Shown here: positions 53,778 to 64,000 of the stretch, piece by piece
Layout of the letters: every line of letters starts with the position of its first letter
How positions within the stretch are numbered: position 1 is the stretch's first letter
NCBI GenBank assembly: GCA_051546255.1
Contig: CP128821.1
Coordinates: 558,001-622,000 of the forward strand
Direction: 5' to 3'
Origin: Meyerozyma guilliermondii
Taxonomy: Eukaryota
DNA length: 64,000 nucleotides
Program-made: the position numbers and the translations under genes
Notes under the pieces: generated by a model
Told to the model about the DNA's origin: nothing
Database searches by the model: none
What the model saw: only the letters and a program-made list of their open reading frames with translations

Positions 53778-54749
53778 ATGACATTCCACGAACTCTTTCG
53801 CGACAGGAAAGTGCCTCCAAAGGTGGAAGAGCTCACTCTAGAAGGCAAGCCTGCTAGTACTCTCATCAGGGTGTTGGAACGGTTCTCGTCCATGTCGGGC
53901 ATTGTCACCAGCAGCCATTTCAAAAAAGATCCCGAAGCCAAAACCCGAGTTCTGGCATCGGAAATCCAAGCTAAGATGAACAAGATGGTCAAGTTTCATC
54001 GCCGTCTCGAAGCTCAACAAGCCGATACAGCACAATCCTTGAACAACTGGGCTGCGGATCTTCCTCACTTGAACAGTCGTCAGATGATCCAGGAGTTCGC
54101 TAGTATCTTATTGACCCAGCGAGCCGGTAGTATCACTCTAAGCGAAAAGTTGGAGAGGCTCAAGGATAGCTTTTCTCTTGTGAACGATCGGGAAAGAAAG
54201 CTCAACGATTTGGCGGCTGCTCGCACCAAGCTTTTAAAAAACGTAAAGGACTCCGAAACCAAGTACGGGGTCAATGCTTCGTGCACAACTTTGTTGAAGG
54301 AAAAGCTTGAAGAAGTGCAGTGCAATTTGGAGGTGGTTGAAATACAATGCATTCGTTCCTTGTCTCATGAACTCAAGGATACCTTTGCTGAGTATCTTAT
54401 AGCCATTCAGAATTACCATGCTAGGTTGTCCGATGCCTCGGAAGCTTACTATGCGTGCCTTATTTCGTTTCAAAAAGATGATAGGCTCATCGACCAATCT
54501 GCCAACAATTCGGATGTTACTAGAATTTTGGCTGACGAAAGCTCCAAAGCCAGATCGTCACCAGCGTGCTCACAGTGCTTTCGAGAGCTAGGAATCACCA
54601 CTGGCTGTGCCCACGATAGTTCAAGAAACATGTACCCTGGCGACTCCCAGAGCAATTTGAACCATAATCCCCAGCAGTTTGCACCGCTGCCCATCCAAAT
54701 GTCTAATGACGCTGCTTATGACTTCCTTGAACATGATCCATGGCAATGA
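53778..54749 (+). CDS. Pil1/Lsp1-like BAR-domain protein, possibly sporulation-specific (Ssp1/Meu14-like)
   Basis: Helical pattern AQSLNNWA...VNDRERKL...RTKL...LKEKLEEVQCNLEVVEIQ...ELKDTF; MSE-like motifs just upstream. Confidence 0.6.
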   Translation: MTFHELFRDRKVPPKVEELTLEGKPASTLIRVLERFSSMSGIVTSSHFKKDPEAKTRVLASEIQAKMNKMVKFHRRLEAQQADTAQSLNNWAADLPHLNSRQMIQEFASILLTQRAGSITLSEKLERLKDSFSLVNDRERKLNDLAAARTKLLKNVKDSETKYGVNASCTTLLKEKLEEVQCNLEVVEIQCIRSLSHELKDTFAEYLIAIQNYHARLSDASEAYYACLISFQKDDRLIDQSANNSDVTRILADESSKARSSPACSQCFRELGITTGCAHDSSRNMYPGDSQSNLNHNPQQFAPLPIQMSNDAAYDFLEHDPWQ

Positions 54750-54774
54750 GATCCGTTTTATATACAGATTTGAA

Positions 54775-55872
54775 TCACAAATTCAGGAAAAAATGCTTCG
54801 TAATTTCGTAGGACGATATCATTATGGCACATGACGGAGCTATCTTGAGTGCTCTGGGGCCCAATCCGCTGTACAAAGCGCCCATTCCTTCGTTCTTGCC
54901 AATTTTGTACAAGTAGGAGAACATCGAAGGCTTCTTTTTGTATGGTTCACCAGGCTTTTGAATATGGTCGCCGGTGATTTGCATTCTAGTCTTTCCTACA
55001 TCAAAGGGATGGGTGAGAAGGGCAGCAATAAGTCCCGCGGTGGAGCCCGAAAGAAAGCTCGAAGTGAACACTTTCCAGTCGGCAAATTGCAGCAGTTCCG
55101 GAGCAATATTTTGAAGCAATTTCTTGTATCTGGTCTTGAATGACTCGTAACACAGCCAGTATATGCCCGAGAACGGAACGTCTCTCCAAAGGGTTATTTG
55201 AAGACCGGTGAAAAGCGTTCCAAGGCCCCGTTGCTTCACCTCCAGCAACAGATCTCGCACCAAATTGGTCAACATTTTGGTGTTATTTGCATCTGTGGGA
55301 ATCGCCTGGAGCCTTGTTTTGAGCAATTCCACCGGCGCAACGCTGGTGGCTGCCATTAATCGTGCCAATGAGCCGCAAACCAATGGGTTTAATGTGTTTG
55401 ATGCAATGGGAGAATGGTCTCGGATATACTCATATCCGGTAAAATATATGATATTTGCCGGCACAGCTATGAAGAGCGTCAACGATAATCCACGCCAGAG
55501 GGTGGCAATGCCTTCGTTCTTGCTAATTACTTGGAAACCTTGGAATGTAGACGTCACTCTGCTACAACTTTCAGGTGCCTCGCAATAATGTTTCTGGATC
55601 CAAAAAGGTTCTACCGGCAGTTGTACGGTGGTTTTACGGCCTAAATCTTGTGGAAAATGCTTAGAACAGCAGGGGTTGCTAGGCAAAATTTCCTGCTGTT
55701 GAATTCGTATTCTGACAACGTCAAATGGAGTCAAGATGAGTGACGTCACCACCGAGCCCAGACAAGCGCTGAGCATGCGCTGAGCTACCGTGATGTCGCT
55801 GGGAGCTCGGGCAACACCTGGGCTGCGTTTGGAACCGAGATTCTGGCCCGTGGCAAAACCAGTCAGAGTCAT
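54775..55872 (-). CDS. MTM1: Mitochondrial carrier (Mtm1/SLC25A39-40)
   Basis: TPFDVVRIR, LWRGL, RDVPFSGIYW, HPFDVGKTR, KIAPSCAIMISSYE. Confidence 0.92.
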   Translation of the reverse strand: MTLTGFATGQNLGSKRSPGVARAPSDITVAQRMLSACLGSVVTSLILTPFDVVRIRIQQQEILPSNPCCSKHFPQDLGRKTTVQLPVEPFWIQKHYCEAPESCSRVTSTFQGFQVISKNEGIATLWRGLSLTLFIAVPANIIYFTGYEYIRDHSPIASNTLNPLVCGSLARLMAATSVAPVELLKTRLQAIPTDANNTKMLTNLVRDLLLEVKQRGLGTLFTGLQITLWRDVPFSGIYWLCYESFKTRYKKLLQNIAPELLQFADWKVFTSSFLSGSTAGLIAALLTHPFDVGKTRMQITGDHIQKPGEPYKKKPSMFSYLYKIGKNEGMGALYSGLGPRALKIAPSCAIMISSYEITKHFFLNL

Positions 55873-56095
55873 GAATACCGCAAAGTGGAAAGTGAGTTCT
55901 TGAGGTGCGGTCACGTGCCCGATCTCGGTGATGAGAGAGAAGAGACAAGAGACCAGAAGACAAAGAAGAGGTAAGGAGTATTTGAGAGAATTACTTCCGT
56001 GTGTTCTATTCTTTTCGTCTAACCATAATCCTAGCTAATTTCTCGATTTACTCTTCGATCTACTTTTCAATCTACTTTCAATCAACTCTTTTTCG

Positions 56096-59000
56096 TTAAT
56101 ACTCCTGTATGATGTCCGAGCACGAGTACACATTTATATGTCCATCCTGGTTATAGTTCGTCGCCAACATCATCCGGTGAGGATGGAACGTGGTGCCGGT
56201 CAAATAGCTGGCGGTTCGATTGGTCAAAAGCGATTCGTGTGGATTTTTCAACACAGAAACCATATCGCCAGAAGTGCTCCAAAGGCTCACAGATTTGGAC
56301 CCGGTAGTTATCACTGGAGCATGTTCATGAACGTCGATGCACCGCATAGACTTTTCGGGTTCGTTGGTAAAAGTAAGCACTGGTTCACTTTCTCTGATGT
56401 CCCATAGATTCACGTATCCATCGGAAGAACCCGTTACCAATTCACGAAGTCCACCTCTTTGCATTCTGGTGTTCCTGATACTTCCATGGCCATACCTGCG
56501 GCGAGAAGAAACACCGGGTTGTGCCTTGGCTCCGTTCCACACCCTCACCATCGACTCTCGCGAATCCAATCTTCGGTCGTAAACTCTCACCGAACCGTCG
56601 TCGAACCCAGCAACAAATAAGTTTCCTGTGACTTGGTCCGAGGTCAACGAGGTGATGGAAGACGACGAACGAGCAGGAATATCCGCTAGGCAAAGCTCAC
56701 GGGGCGCATCCCAAACCCGAATGATTTTCACATCTCCACTAACGAGCAACGACCCTCGAGATTGCTGCCAGTCCGAAACAAGTCCTGTGCTTTTCGACGT
56801 CAAAAGAAGGTCTGTCAATGCTCGCCATGAAGCCACCAACTCGATCTGTTCATCCTCGAGGTGGAAATTTTTGTATATCTTCACCACTCCATCAGAAGAA
56901 CCGGTGAGAACGAGCGGAAGATCGTCCTCGTTGAGAAACTTGATATCGGTGATTTTGGTTCCAAAAGGATTTTCATTGGAAAACTTCTTCACCAGCTTAC
57001 AGTCTTCCCAGTCCCACACCGACATATTGTCCTTGTCATCACAGGCAACCAAGAGCTTTTCGAACTGGGTGAATTTGATTAACCGAGGCTGGCTCTTGTT
57101 GTTCATCACTCGGATATTTTTGTTCCAATCTCCACGCAATGCCATTGTCTTTTGCGGTTGGGTTTCCTGGATGATAGACTCGTTTCTGTTTCTGCGCCAA
57201 ATGCGCTTCACGTACTCTTCAGACCCAGGCTCGTCGATTTCATTTTTGGACATTTGCGGCTCCTGGAAATACTCACAGCTGTACTGGAAGAATCCGGACT
57301 CGTCAGGAAGCTTGGGCTCCTTCGTCAAGTCTCTGGGCTTGAAACGAGCGCTCTTGGGCTTGTACTCTGCTCCATAATTGCTGGTGATGGGTCCTGAACT
57401 CAACATCCTGGAAAAGTTCTTGAGGTCAGTTTCCTCAGAAATATGAAGCGACTTGAACAATTTGGCTATTGAAAAGTTTTTGAGCTTAGAAGATACAGAG
57501 TCGGAGTCGGAATGGTTGGAGTCTTCCATGTTGTTGGTGGACACAGATCGAGGTCTGGAAGTGATCTTGAGAACATTATTGTTTCTTTGCATGCTGCTGT
57601 TGCGCTGGAGGGTTGATCCGCTGGAAACTTGACGTCTTCCGTCACCATTCAATTGGCGATTAATTATGGGTTTCGAAGGTGCACCTTGTCCAAAAGTTTG
57701 GCTCATATTAAGGGTGGATTTGCTCAACAAATACTCTTCCATTTCACGGACCAATTGGCCAAGCTCACTTTTGTTCAACTGGAGCATGATTTGATCCACG
57801 AGAATCTCTGCTAGCTGCTTGATTTCAGGATGGGGGTCCTCAGTAAGAATGAGCAACGCTTTCCAGATCGACGAGAAAATCAGACCGTATGCTGGAGACT
57901 TTTTCCGGAACTCATTAAGTTCATTGGGGTTGTCGATCAACACAATTTCTTCTTCAAGCTGATTGAAAGACACAACCAAAAAGAACTTTGAGTAGATGTT
58001 GATAAACTTGCGAATGAAGAAAATGATCTCCTTGCGTACCATTGGAGAGCCGTCTCCAAGTAGTCCTAAAATGGTGTTGGCGAGCTTAAGATCTTGCTGC
58101 TTCAATTCGTCTTTCCGCAAAGCAGCATTCATGCTTCCTTGTGGCAGAGACTCGCCGTCTACGTCGCTCAAGAACGTGGTCAAGGCGAGAATGACAGACG
58201 TACGAACCTCAGGAATAGGATCATTAACCATCAAAAGCAATTTGTTAAGGTAGCCATCTTTATAGTTGATCCATTTTCCATCGGGATAGTTGTTCCAGAG
58301 CTGAGATAAAAGCAAACAGCACCATTGTCTTAACAAAGGGTTCTCGCTCGTGGAAATGAACTTTAGACAATTGTGAATAAGCTCAACGGAGAACGATAAC
58401 CGCTGACCATTTTTGAAGTCTTTGATGAATAGCGTTAAGATGAAAGCACTCATGGCTTTATGGTCGTCATTTATCAAGATATTGGTGTTCGAATAGCCTC
58501 CTGGTGCGCCCACTGGACCGTTCAGATTCCCCGGACTGGAGTTTAAAATGAGGTAAAAATAGTTGTATCCTTTGTCCTTGCAGAGTTCCTGCTGGGTGCT
58601 CTTGTGGTCAATTGCCATTATTCGGGCCCAAATAAAGATGAGAACAGGCTTCAATTCCTGGGCGGGACTTTGAAGCAACTTGAGAACATATGGAAAAATT
58701 CCAATCGAGAGAGAAAGATATACGGCCCAAGGGCCCAAGTCGAGAAATTTCGACAACAATATCAAAGCTCTCAAACGATGCACTTGAGAAAGTAGCACTT
58801 GGAGCACGATGGGCAATTGTTCTGGAGGCTCTTTGGTTGAAGGACCGGCAAACTTTAGCCATATTTCAAAGGCTGTAAGTTGCTGCTCAAAGAACGTGGA
58901 ATGCTGATAATTGGGTAAATTGACGTAGCCTGGTTGGCCAGGAATCTGATTGGCTTGGCCGCTGGCATTGTCATTGGCACTTATGGGTGCAATTGGGTCG

Positions 59001-60304
59001 GAAATTACCGGTTTGTGCTTATGTTCTGGATCGTCTCTGATCAACTGGGCACACACTTGGTCGATCGCCAAGTCCCACGAGTCCCACATAGGGTGGTGCC
59101 TAACGCTATCTGGCAACGGGGGATCACTGATGGGGTTGCAGTTGAGGTGGGGCATAATTCTCTTGGCTAGCAAGAAATTTCTGAAGAGTGCAGCCACCAT
59201 CAAATCTTGTCGAAACAATCTTTTGAATATGGGACGAGAAAGTGTGGTCCAAGCAATTGTGTCGGTTATAGCTGTGAAGATCCAGTTGAGTTCTCCCAAT
59301 GGTGTACGTCTATCGGTCAATTTTCCGGGAATTATGGCGTTTCCCACTGAATTTTTGGGGAGAAGCGAGTAGTAGTTTTTCTTCAATGGTGATTGCAAAA
59401 TGAACCATTTGATGCTAATGTCGATGGGACAGGTCAAGCAGCACGAAAACAAGTCTGCGGGAAGCTCAGGACTCATGGGAAGAAGTTCATTGCTTTTACA
59501 TGCTGCAAGTTGGATGCTATCGAGAAATGCAGACGTTGGAGACGGAGCACTCATATCGTGGTTTCCCTCGTTATCGTCGTCGATTCTCTTCTGGACAAAC
59601 TTTTTGAAGTTGTGGACAATGTTTCCAGCACTGTTACAATCGTAGACGAATATAACTGGAGCACCTATCCAGGTTTGAAGATCGTATAAAGAGATGGGAA
59701 TGTACTGAGTATAGCCTCTGTTGAAGACCCAGATTTCTCCTGAAGCCGTCGGTTGGGGAACACCATGACCGTTGTAATGGAACAATATTCGTTCGTCTTT
59801 GGCATTTCTTCGAAGAGTATTGCAGAATCTTTTGACGTCTTCGACACATGGATCGAGAGATTGCTTATAACGAGTACGAAGAGATAGCGTCTCATATTGC
59901 GCCTGGAGGTTTTTCCCAATGGACTCGATGGCTTTTTTCGTATCGGGAAAGAGTGACGGGTCACACCAAGCCTCGTACTTGGCACATGGATAAGTCTTCA
60001 TGATATCTGGAGGATCCACACCCAAGTTCAAACAAAGAACAAGAACAGCACTGATGGTTTTCTGGCGCTCCTTCATCACTTTCCAGTCGTGGATGGGCTG
60101 GTAGGTTTTATAGTGAGCTGGGTCCATTTTCAATTCGTCGGGAATCGGATTGCCCGTAGCATTATGACGTTTATCATCAAAATAAATGTAGAACGAGTTG
60201 GCTAGGAGATTGAGAAAGTTTTCTGAGTTGTAGTCTTCCTCGAAACCATGCCGCATCTTCTCGTTCAAGGGCTGCAAAGGAGCGGGCCCGAACACTTGCG
60301 ACAT
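56096..60304 (-). CDS. KOG1: TORC1 subunit Raptor
   Basis: RNC domain (CLNLGVDPPD, LFHYNGHGVP), PPEQLPIVLQVLLSQVHR, HEAT repeats, WD40. Confidence 0.98.
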   Translation of the reverse strand: MSQVFGPAPLQPLNEKMRHGFEEDYNSENFLNLLANSFYIYFDDKRHNATGNPIPDELKMDPAHYKTYQPIHDWKVMKERQKTISAVLVLCLNLGVDPPDIMKTYPCAKYEAWCDPSLFPDTKKAIESIGKNLQAQYETLSLRTRYKQSLDPCVEDVKRFCNTLRRNAKDERILFHYNGHGVPQPTASGEIWVFNRGYTQYIPISLYDLQTWIGAPVIFVYDCNSAGNIVHNFKKFVQKRIDDDNEGNHDMSAPSPTSAFLDSIQLAACKSNELLPMSPELPADLFSCCLTCPIDISIKWFILQSPLKKNYYSLLPKNSVGNAIIPGKLTDRRTPLGELNWIFTAITDTIAWTTLSRPIFKRLFRQDLMVAALFRNFLLAKRIMPHLNCNPISDPPLPDSVRHHPMWDSWDLAIDQVCAQLIRDDPEHKHKPVISDPIAPISANDNASGQANQIPGQPGYVNLPNYQHSTFFEQQLTAFEIWLKFAGPSTKEPPEQLPIVLQVLLSQVHRLRALILLSKFLDLGPWAVYLSLSIGIFPYVLKLLQSPAQELKPVLIFIWARIMAIDHKSTQQELCKDKGYNYFYLILNSSPGNLNGPVGAPGGYSNTNILINDDHKAMSAFILTLFIKDFKNGQRLSFSVELIHNCLKFISTSENPLLRQWCCLLLSQLWNNYPDGKWINYKDGYLNKLLLMVNDPIPEVRTSVILALTTFLSDVDGESLPQGSMNAALRKDELKQQDLKLANTILGLLGDGSPMVRKEIIFFIRKFINIYSKFFLVVSFNQLEEEIVLIDNPNELNEFRKKSPAYGLIFSSIWKALLILTEDPHPEIKQLAEILVDQIMLQLNKSELGQLVREMEEYLLSKSTLNMSQTFGQGAPSKPIINRQLNGDGRRQVSSGSTLQRNSSMQRNNNVLKITSRPRSVSTNNMEDSNHSDSDSVSSKLKNFSIAKLFKSLHISEETDLKNFSRMLSSGPITSNYGAEYKPKSARFKPRDLTKEPKLPDESGFFQYSCEYFQEPQMSKNEIDEPGSEEYVKRIWRRNRNESIIQETQPQKTMALRGDWNKNIRVMNNKSQPRLIKFTQFEKLLVACDDKDNMSVWDWEDCKLVKKFSNENPFGTKITDIKFLNEDDLPLVLTGSSDGVVKIYKNFHLEDEQIELVASWRALTDLLLTSKSTGLVSDWQQSRGSLLVSGDVKIIRVWDAPRELCLADIPARSSSSITSLTSDQVTGNLFVAGFDDGSVRVYDRRLDSRESMVRVWNGAKAQPGVSSRRRYGHGSIRNTRMQRGGLRELVTGSSDGYVNLWDIRESEPVLTFTNEPEKSMRCIDVHEHAPVITTGSKSVSLWSTSGDMVSVLKNPHESLLTNRTASYLTGTTFHPHRMMLATNYNQDGHINVYSCSDIIQEY

Positions 60305-60334
60305 GTTGTTGAAGATTGGTGTACGATAAGGTGA

Positions 60335-60490
60335 GTGCGAAGAGAAAAGTGAGAAATGCGAAAATGAGAAAGTGAGAAAATGAGAAATAGAGAGTGAGAA
60401 GAAATGAGAAAGAACGACAAAAGTATATGTGAGAAAGAAATGAAAAATGAGAAGAATTGAGAAGAAAAGGTAATAGGAGTGAGAACAACA
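60335..60490. repeat. Purine-rich (GAGAAA/ATGAGAAA-like) degenerate repeat upstream of KOG1
   Basis: Many TGAGAA(A) units. Confidence 0.6.
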
Positions 60491-60638
60491 AAAGAATGAC
60501 TAGGGAACCAAATCCTAATTGGCCATTGGTTCCCAATTGCGTCTACAGTTCACCAATCACCGTCTACTACAATGCGCATTTATACTTCAATTTCTTCATT
60601 TTTTTTTCATTCTTCTTATTTTTCTCATTTCTCATTCA

Positions 60639-61373
60639 TCAGCAGTTCAGTGAGTTCTTGGGATTCACGAGAACCCCCTGCCAGCTATAATACTTACTCA
60701 TATCAACATGATGCTTCTTTCCCGATGCAGCCTCGTACATGGAACAACCATATAAAGAAGCATAAGGAGGAGTATACAAATGCAACGAAACAGAAACTTG
60801 GTCCTCAAGCGGATTCGAAATCTTGTGCAACCCAATCTCGTCAGAAATGTAACCCACTTCGTTTCGTGACAAGATGGTTTCTTGGCGTGGATGCAATTCT
60901 CCCTCGTGGTCTGGAACATCATAAAGTGACTCTTTTAGTTGTCCCTTGATTATTTTCATGCAGCAATGGGCATTGGCGTGGTCATGGATGGCACTTGAGC
61001 GACCAGGACTCCACACAAGCACCAATAAATTGGCATTGCCATTAATATCCACCACTCCATTTCTTGAATATGCTCGAGTTCCATCGTGGAGTGCATATTT
61101 GCCCCACTCCGATTCATCAGAATTATATTGTTCCATCACCTCCCGGATTTTGTCCACATCCACGTCGGCCGACAGGATCCCTTTATTGGGACCCAAAATC
61201 TGCCGGAGCTGGCGTATCAACTTGCCAAAGTTGTTATCGGGGACTTCGAATTCTGAACCCTCGGGTAATGAGTTAGTTCCGGGGGTCAGAGCTGGTTTCA
61301 ACCGAGGGCTATTAGTTGCTAGCGAAGAAGACCCGAGGGCCGGTGAGTGTGACGTCTGTGTCTGGACGGCCAT
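60639..61373 (-). CDS. CDG1: Cysteine dioxygenase
   Basis: [35 protein letters not shown]. Confidence 0.95.
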   Translation of the reverse strand: MAVQTQTSHSPALGSSSLATNSPRLKPALTPGTNSLPEGSEFEVPDNNFGKLIRQLRQILGPNKGILSADVDVDKIREVMEQYNSDESEWGKYALHDGTRAYSRNGVVDINGNANLLVLVWSPGRSSAIHDHANAHCCMKIIKGQLKESLYDVPDHEGELHPRQETILSRNEVGYISDEIGLHKISNPLEDQVSVSLHLYTPPYASLYGCSMYEAASGKKHHVDMSKYYSWQGVLVNPKNSLNC

Positions 61374-61879
61374 ATCGAGAAGGCAAGATAGGCAAAATAA
61401 AATTTAAAAGCAAAAAGTCAAAAAACACAGATAGCGCTTGTGAGAAAAAAAAACTGCGTGAGGGGGGCGGCCCCGATTTATACACCACAAACGGCCACCG
61501 TGTCCGCTACCTTCCCGATGCGGCAATACGGCGGCCTGCATTGGTGTGAGCCGGCGCACGCCGCGGTGTCACCCTGCACCAACAACCGCCGCGGCCCCGC
61601 TGCGAAATTACCGCAATTTGCCGCCCCGCTGCCACCTTCCTAAAACGGCAAAACAGCTCTTCCGAAGGGCCTTCCGATGGTGCTTCCGAGAGCGTGGGAA
61701 CCCATGACTCGTGCGGACTGCAGGTAAGCAATTCCTTCTTCTTTATAAATGATGCCCTTGCAACATTCAACTAATCACTAATACGACTCCTTTCATTACT
61801 ACAAATTTATCGTCATATAATCGTTAGTAAATCGTCATTTAACTGTCATTTTATTCATTTCAAATCCATTTAATTTTCT

Positions 61880-63316
61880 ATGTCGGACAGCCACAGTTTG
61901 GAAACGCCACAGTTGAGCGATGACGATAAGACTCTTAAGTCCAAAACAACTGTTGCACAATACGCGTGTGCGACGGTAAATGTCGCGCACCGGCGACTCA
62001 TCCTCGAGTTTCATCCTGCGTACTTTGTGTCGATTATGGGGTGCGGGATTCTGAGCGTCATCTTGCATAATTTCCCGTATCCCGCATATTGGCTCGAAGT
62101 ATGTGGATGCATAATGTGGGGGTTTGCCGTATTTTTTTTCATTTTGACATTCCCGAGCTTTATCATATCAATGGTGACGGTGCCGGGAAACTTTCTCAAA
62201 TTCCATCGTGACGCCAATACGTCTGTATATTTGGGGGGCTTATCAATGGGGTATACCACTACTTTTGTCAATTTTTTATTTGGCATCACCTCCAAAAGTT
62301 TCATAATAGGCATCTATGTGCTCTGGTGGATCTCGCTAGTACTGTCGCTTTACTGTGCCATTGTGATTTTTTACTTTGGTATTATTGCCAAGTACAGAAA
62401 AAAGTACAACTTGTTGACTTCGGAAACTGTGAGTGCAACTCTCCTTTTTCCAGTGGTTACGCTCACGGTCACCGCCTCGGCTGGTGCCTTGATCTGTCCC
62501 GATCTTCCATCCATAAATCTTCAGGTTTTAACCCTAGTTATCTGCTACTTACTATGGGCCTGGGCCGTGGCTTTGGCTTTCATCATTATCAGCATCTACT
62601 ATGGGAGGCTATTCATTCACAAAATTCCGGCTACTGGGTTGGTATTTTCCAGTTTCCTTCCTGTGGGTGTGATGGGACAGGGAGCTTTTGGCATTCTCCT
62701 AATTGGCAGAGATATCTACACCTTGGTTATGGAGAACCACGAGCTGGTTTTGCTGTCGCCATACATGTCTTATGTCAATTCTACAGCCATTGACGTTGGC
62801 CAGTCGGTGGATTCCGTCACTGCTAGCTTCATAGTGGGCACCTGTTTCATCTACTTTACCGCCTTGATGTCGTTGTTTCTCAATGCTTTCGGCATGTTTT
62901 CCACTATAATCGCGGTGATGTCGTGCTTGTCCAAGATATACCCGTTCACCAAGAACCACAATCCTCAATGGACCTATATGACCGAAAACCACACCTCATT
63001 TTTCCGTCGCCGAATCCGCGGACTTATCCGGTTTTCCAGGACATTCTGGGCTATGACATTTCCGATCGGAACCATGTCTTTGGCCAATTCGGAGATTGCG
63101 ACCTTGCACAAGGGTTTGCATGCGTTGCGTGTGGTTGGCGCCATGTACGGAGCGGCCCTCATTGTCATTGATGTGGGGTGCATTTTGGGCACATTTTACT
63201 GTGCGATTCAGGACGTCCGAGCCGAGGTAAAAGTTGAGAAACAGGAAGATTCCGAGTTAGATTTGGAACTCAGCGGCACGTCGTGGAGTAATGAGGTCAC
63301 GAATAATCACGAATAA
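61880..63316 (+). CDS. SSU1: TDT/SLAC1-family sulfite efflux pump
   Basis: FHPAYFVSIMGCG, FLPVGVMGQG, FWAMTFPIG; about 10 TMs; divergent from CDG1. Confidence 0.88.
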   Translation: MSDSHSLETPQLSDDDKTLKSKTTVAQYACATVNVAHRRLILEFHPAYFVSIMGCGILSVILHNFPYPAYWLEVCGCIMWGFAVFFFILTFPSFIISMVTVPGNFLKFHRDANTSVYLGGLSMGYTTTFVNFLFGITSKSFIIGIYVLWWISLVLSLYCAIVIFYFGIIAKYRKKYNLLTSETVSATLLFPVVTLTVTASAGALICPDLPSINLQVLTLVICYLLWAWAVALAFIIISIYYGRLFIHKIPATGLVFSSFLPVGVMGQGAFGILLIGRDIYTLVMENHELVLLSPYMSYVNSTAIDVGQSVDSVTASFIVGTCFIYFTALMSLFLNAFGMFSTIIAVMSCLSKIYPFTKNHNPQWTYMTENHTSFFRRRIRGLIRFSRTFWAMTFPIGTMSLANSEIATLHKGLHALRVVGAMYGAALIVIDVGCILGTFYCAIQDVRAEVKVEKQEDSELDLELSGTSWSNEVTNNHE

Positions 63317-63427
63317 ATTGCATACTAGACTATCGTATTTCACTTTTTGCAACTTCTTTCAATTCTCATTTTGCAACTTCGTTGCAATTTCGCACCCACA
63401 CACCCGATCTTTTCACTTCTTCCTACC

Positions 63428-64000
63428 ATGAGCATATCGATCTTGCTCCCGGCACAGCCGAGCGACTTGCTACGGCTCAAAGACGTCGACAAGTTTCTTC
63501 TCCGAGCGAAAAATGTTAAACAACGTAGTATCGTCTTTTTTGACGAATCTGTGTCGGTTTTCGTTATTTTAAAGCATGATAACTCACCCAAAACTGTGTT
63601 TATGGATGTGTCTGTGATGCCTGGACAGCCCCCTACAGACCATAAACCAGAGGTGGATTTGCCCATACTATCTAAGGAGGCTGCTGTTATCGCTAGCTTT
63701 TCTTTGGCAAATACTAGTGTCATTCTTGAAGGAAAGAGTGAGATTGAAGATGCATTTTACTCGATTTGGACCTACCAAGTTCCAATTGTGTATCCTAAAA
63801 AGAAGGTTGACAACCCACAAATCCTCATATCGTGCTCCTGTCGTGATTTTATAATGCCATCGGTGGAAACCGCACAGAAACCCAAAGAGGTGGAAATTCT
63901 TCCTGATTTGGAGCCTAAAAATAGCACAAATTTATTGGCAGAACTCAACAACCCAGTTCTGAAAAACAAACTGACGGAAACCTACAACCTTCCTTCGTCT
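63428..64000 (+). CDS. 5' part of a gene running off the right edge; possibly TRAPPII subunit Trs65
   Basis: Open frame MSISILLPAQ...QRSIVFFDE...SIWTYQVPIVYPKKKVDNPQIL; family assignment tentative. Confidence 0.55.
   Translation, partial: MSISILLPAQPSDLLRLKDVDKFLLRAKNVKQRSIVFFDESVSVFVILKHDNSPKTVFMDVSVMPGQPPTDHKPEVDLPILSKEAAVIASFSLANTSVILEGKSEIEDAFYSIWTYQVPIVYPKKKVDNPQILISCSCRDFIMPSVETAQKPKEVEILPDLEPKNSTNLLAELNNPVLKNKLTETYNLPSS

Noticed and set aside
1..64000. Transposons, LTRs, CRISPR arrays, rRNA
   Set aside because: No gag/pol or transposase ORFs, TG...CA LTR pairs, regular repeat-spacer arrays or rRNA motifs were seen.

Overview
Gene-dense budding-yeast chromosomal DNA from the CUG-Ser clade: CTG falls at conserved Ser positions, so the supplied ORF translations misread those as Leu. 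The proteins resemble Meyerozyma/Candida-type sequences; the species is not confirmed. About 36 protein genes and one tRNA-Gln(CUG) can be called. Most are conserved housekeeping genes (UBX2, GUT2, NAT3, TOM5, CTF4, HAK1, SCD6, SPN1, RPS23, ANT1, DBR1, MCR1, NNR2, PEX20/21, GPD, PCD1, VMA22, SSF1, RRP3, PIB1, SRB7, PMT, RPS27, RSM22, MIC26/27, MTM1, KOG1, CDG1, SSU1). The most interesting parts are: (1) a tandem array of four Upc2-like Zn2Cys6 transcription factors, each split by a 43-51 nt intron, sharing a divergent promoter with a multi-pass membrane gene; that promoter carries four copies of an 18-bp quasi-palindrome; (2) an orphan, AT-rich, secreted-type ORF ending in HDEL, a killer-toxin-like candidate; (3) an F-box gene whose conserved N-terminus begins at ATT rather than ATG; (4) a tRNA gene ending 19 bp before the ATG of a co-oriented WD40 gene; (5) a divergent CDG1-SSU1 cysteine/sulfite pair. 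Gene names rest on recalled family motifs, not on database searches.
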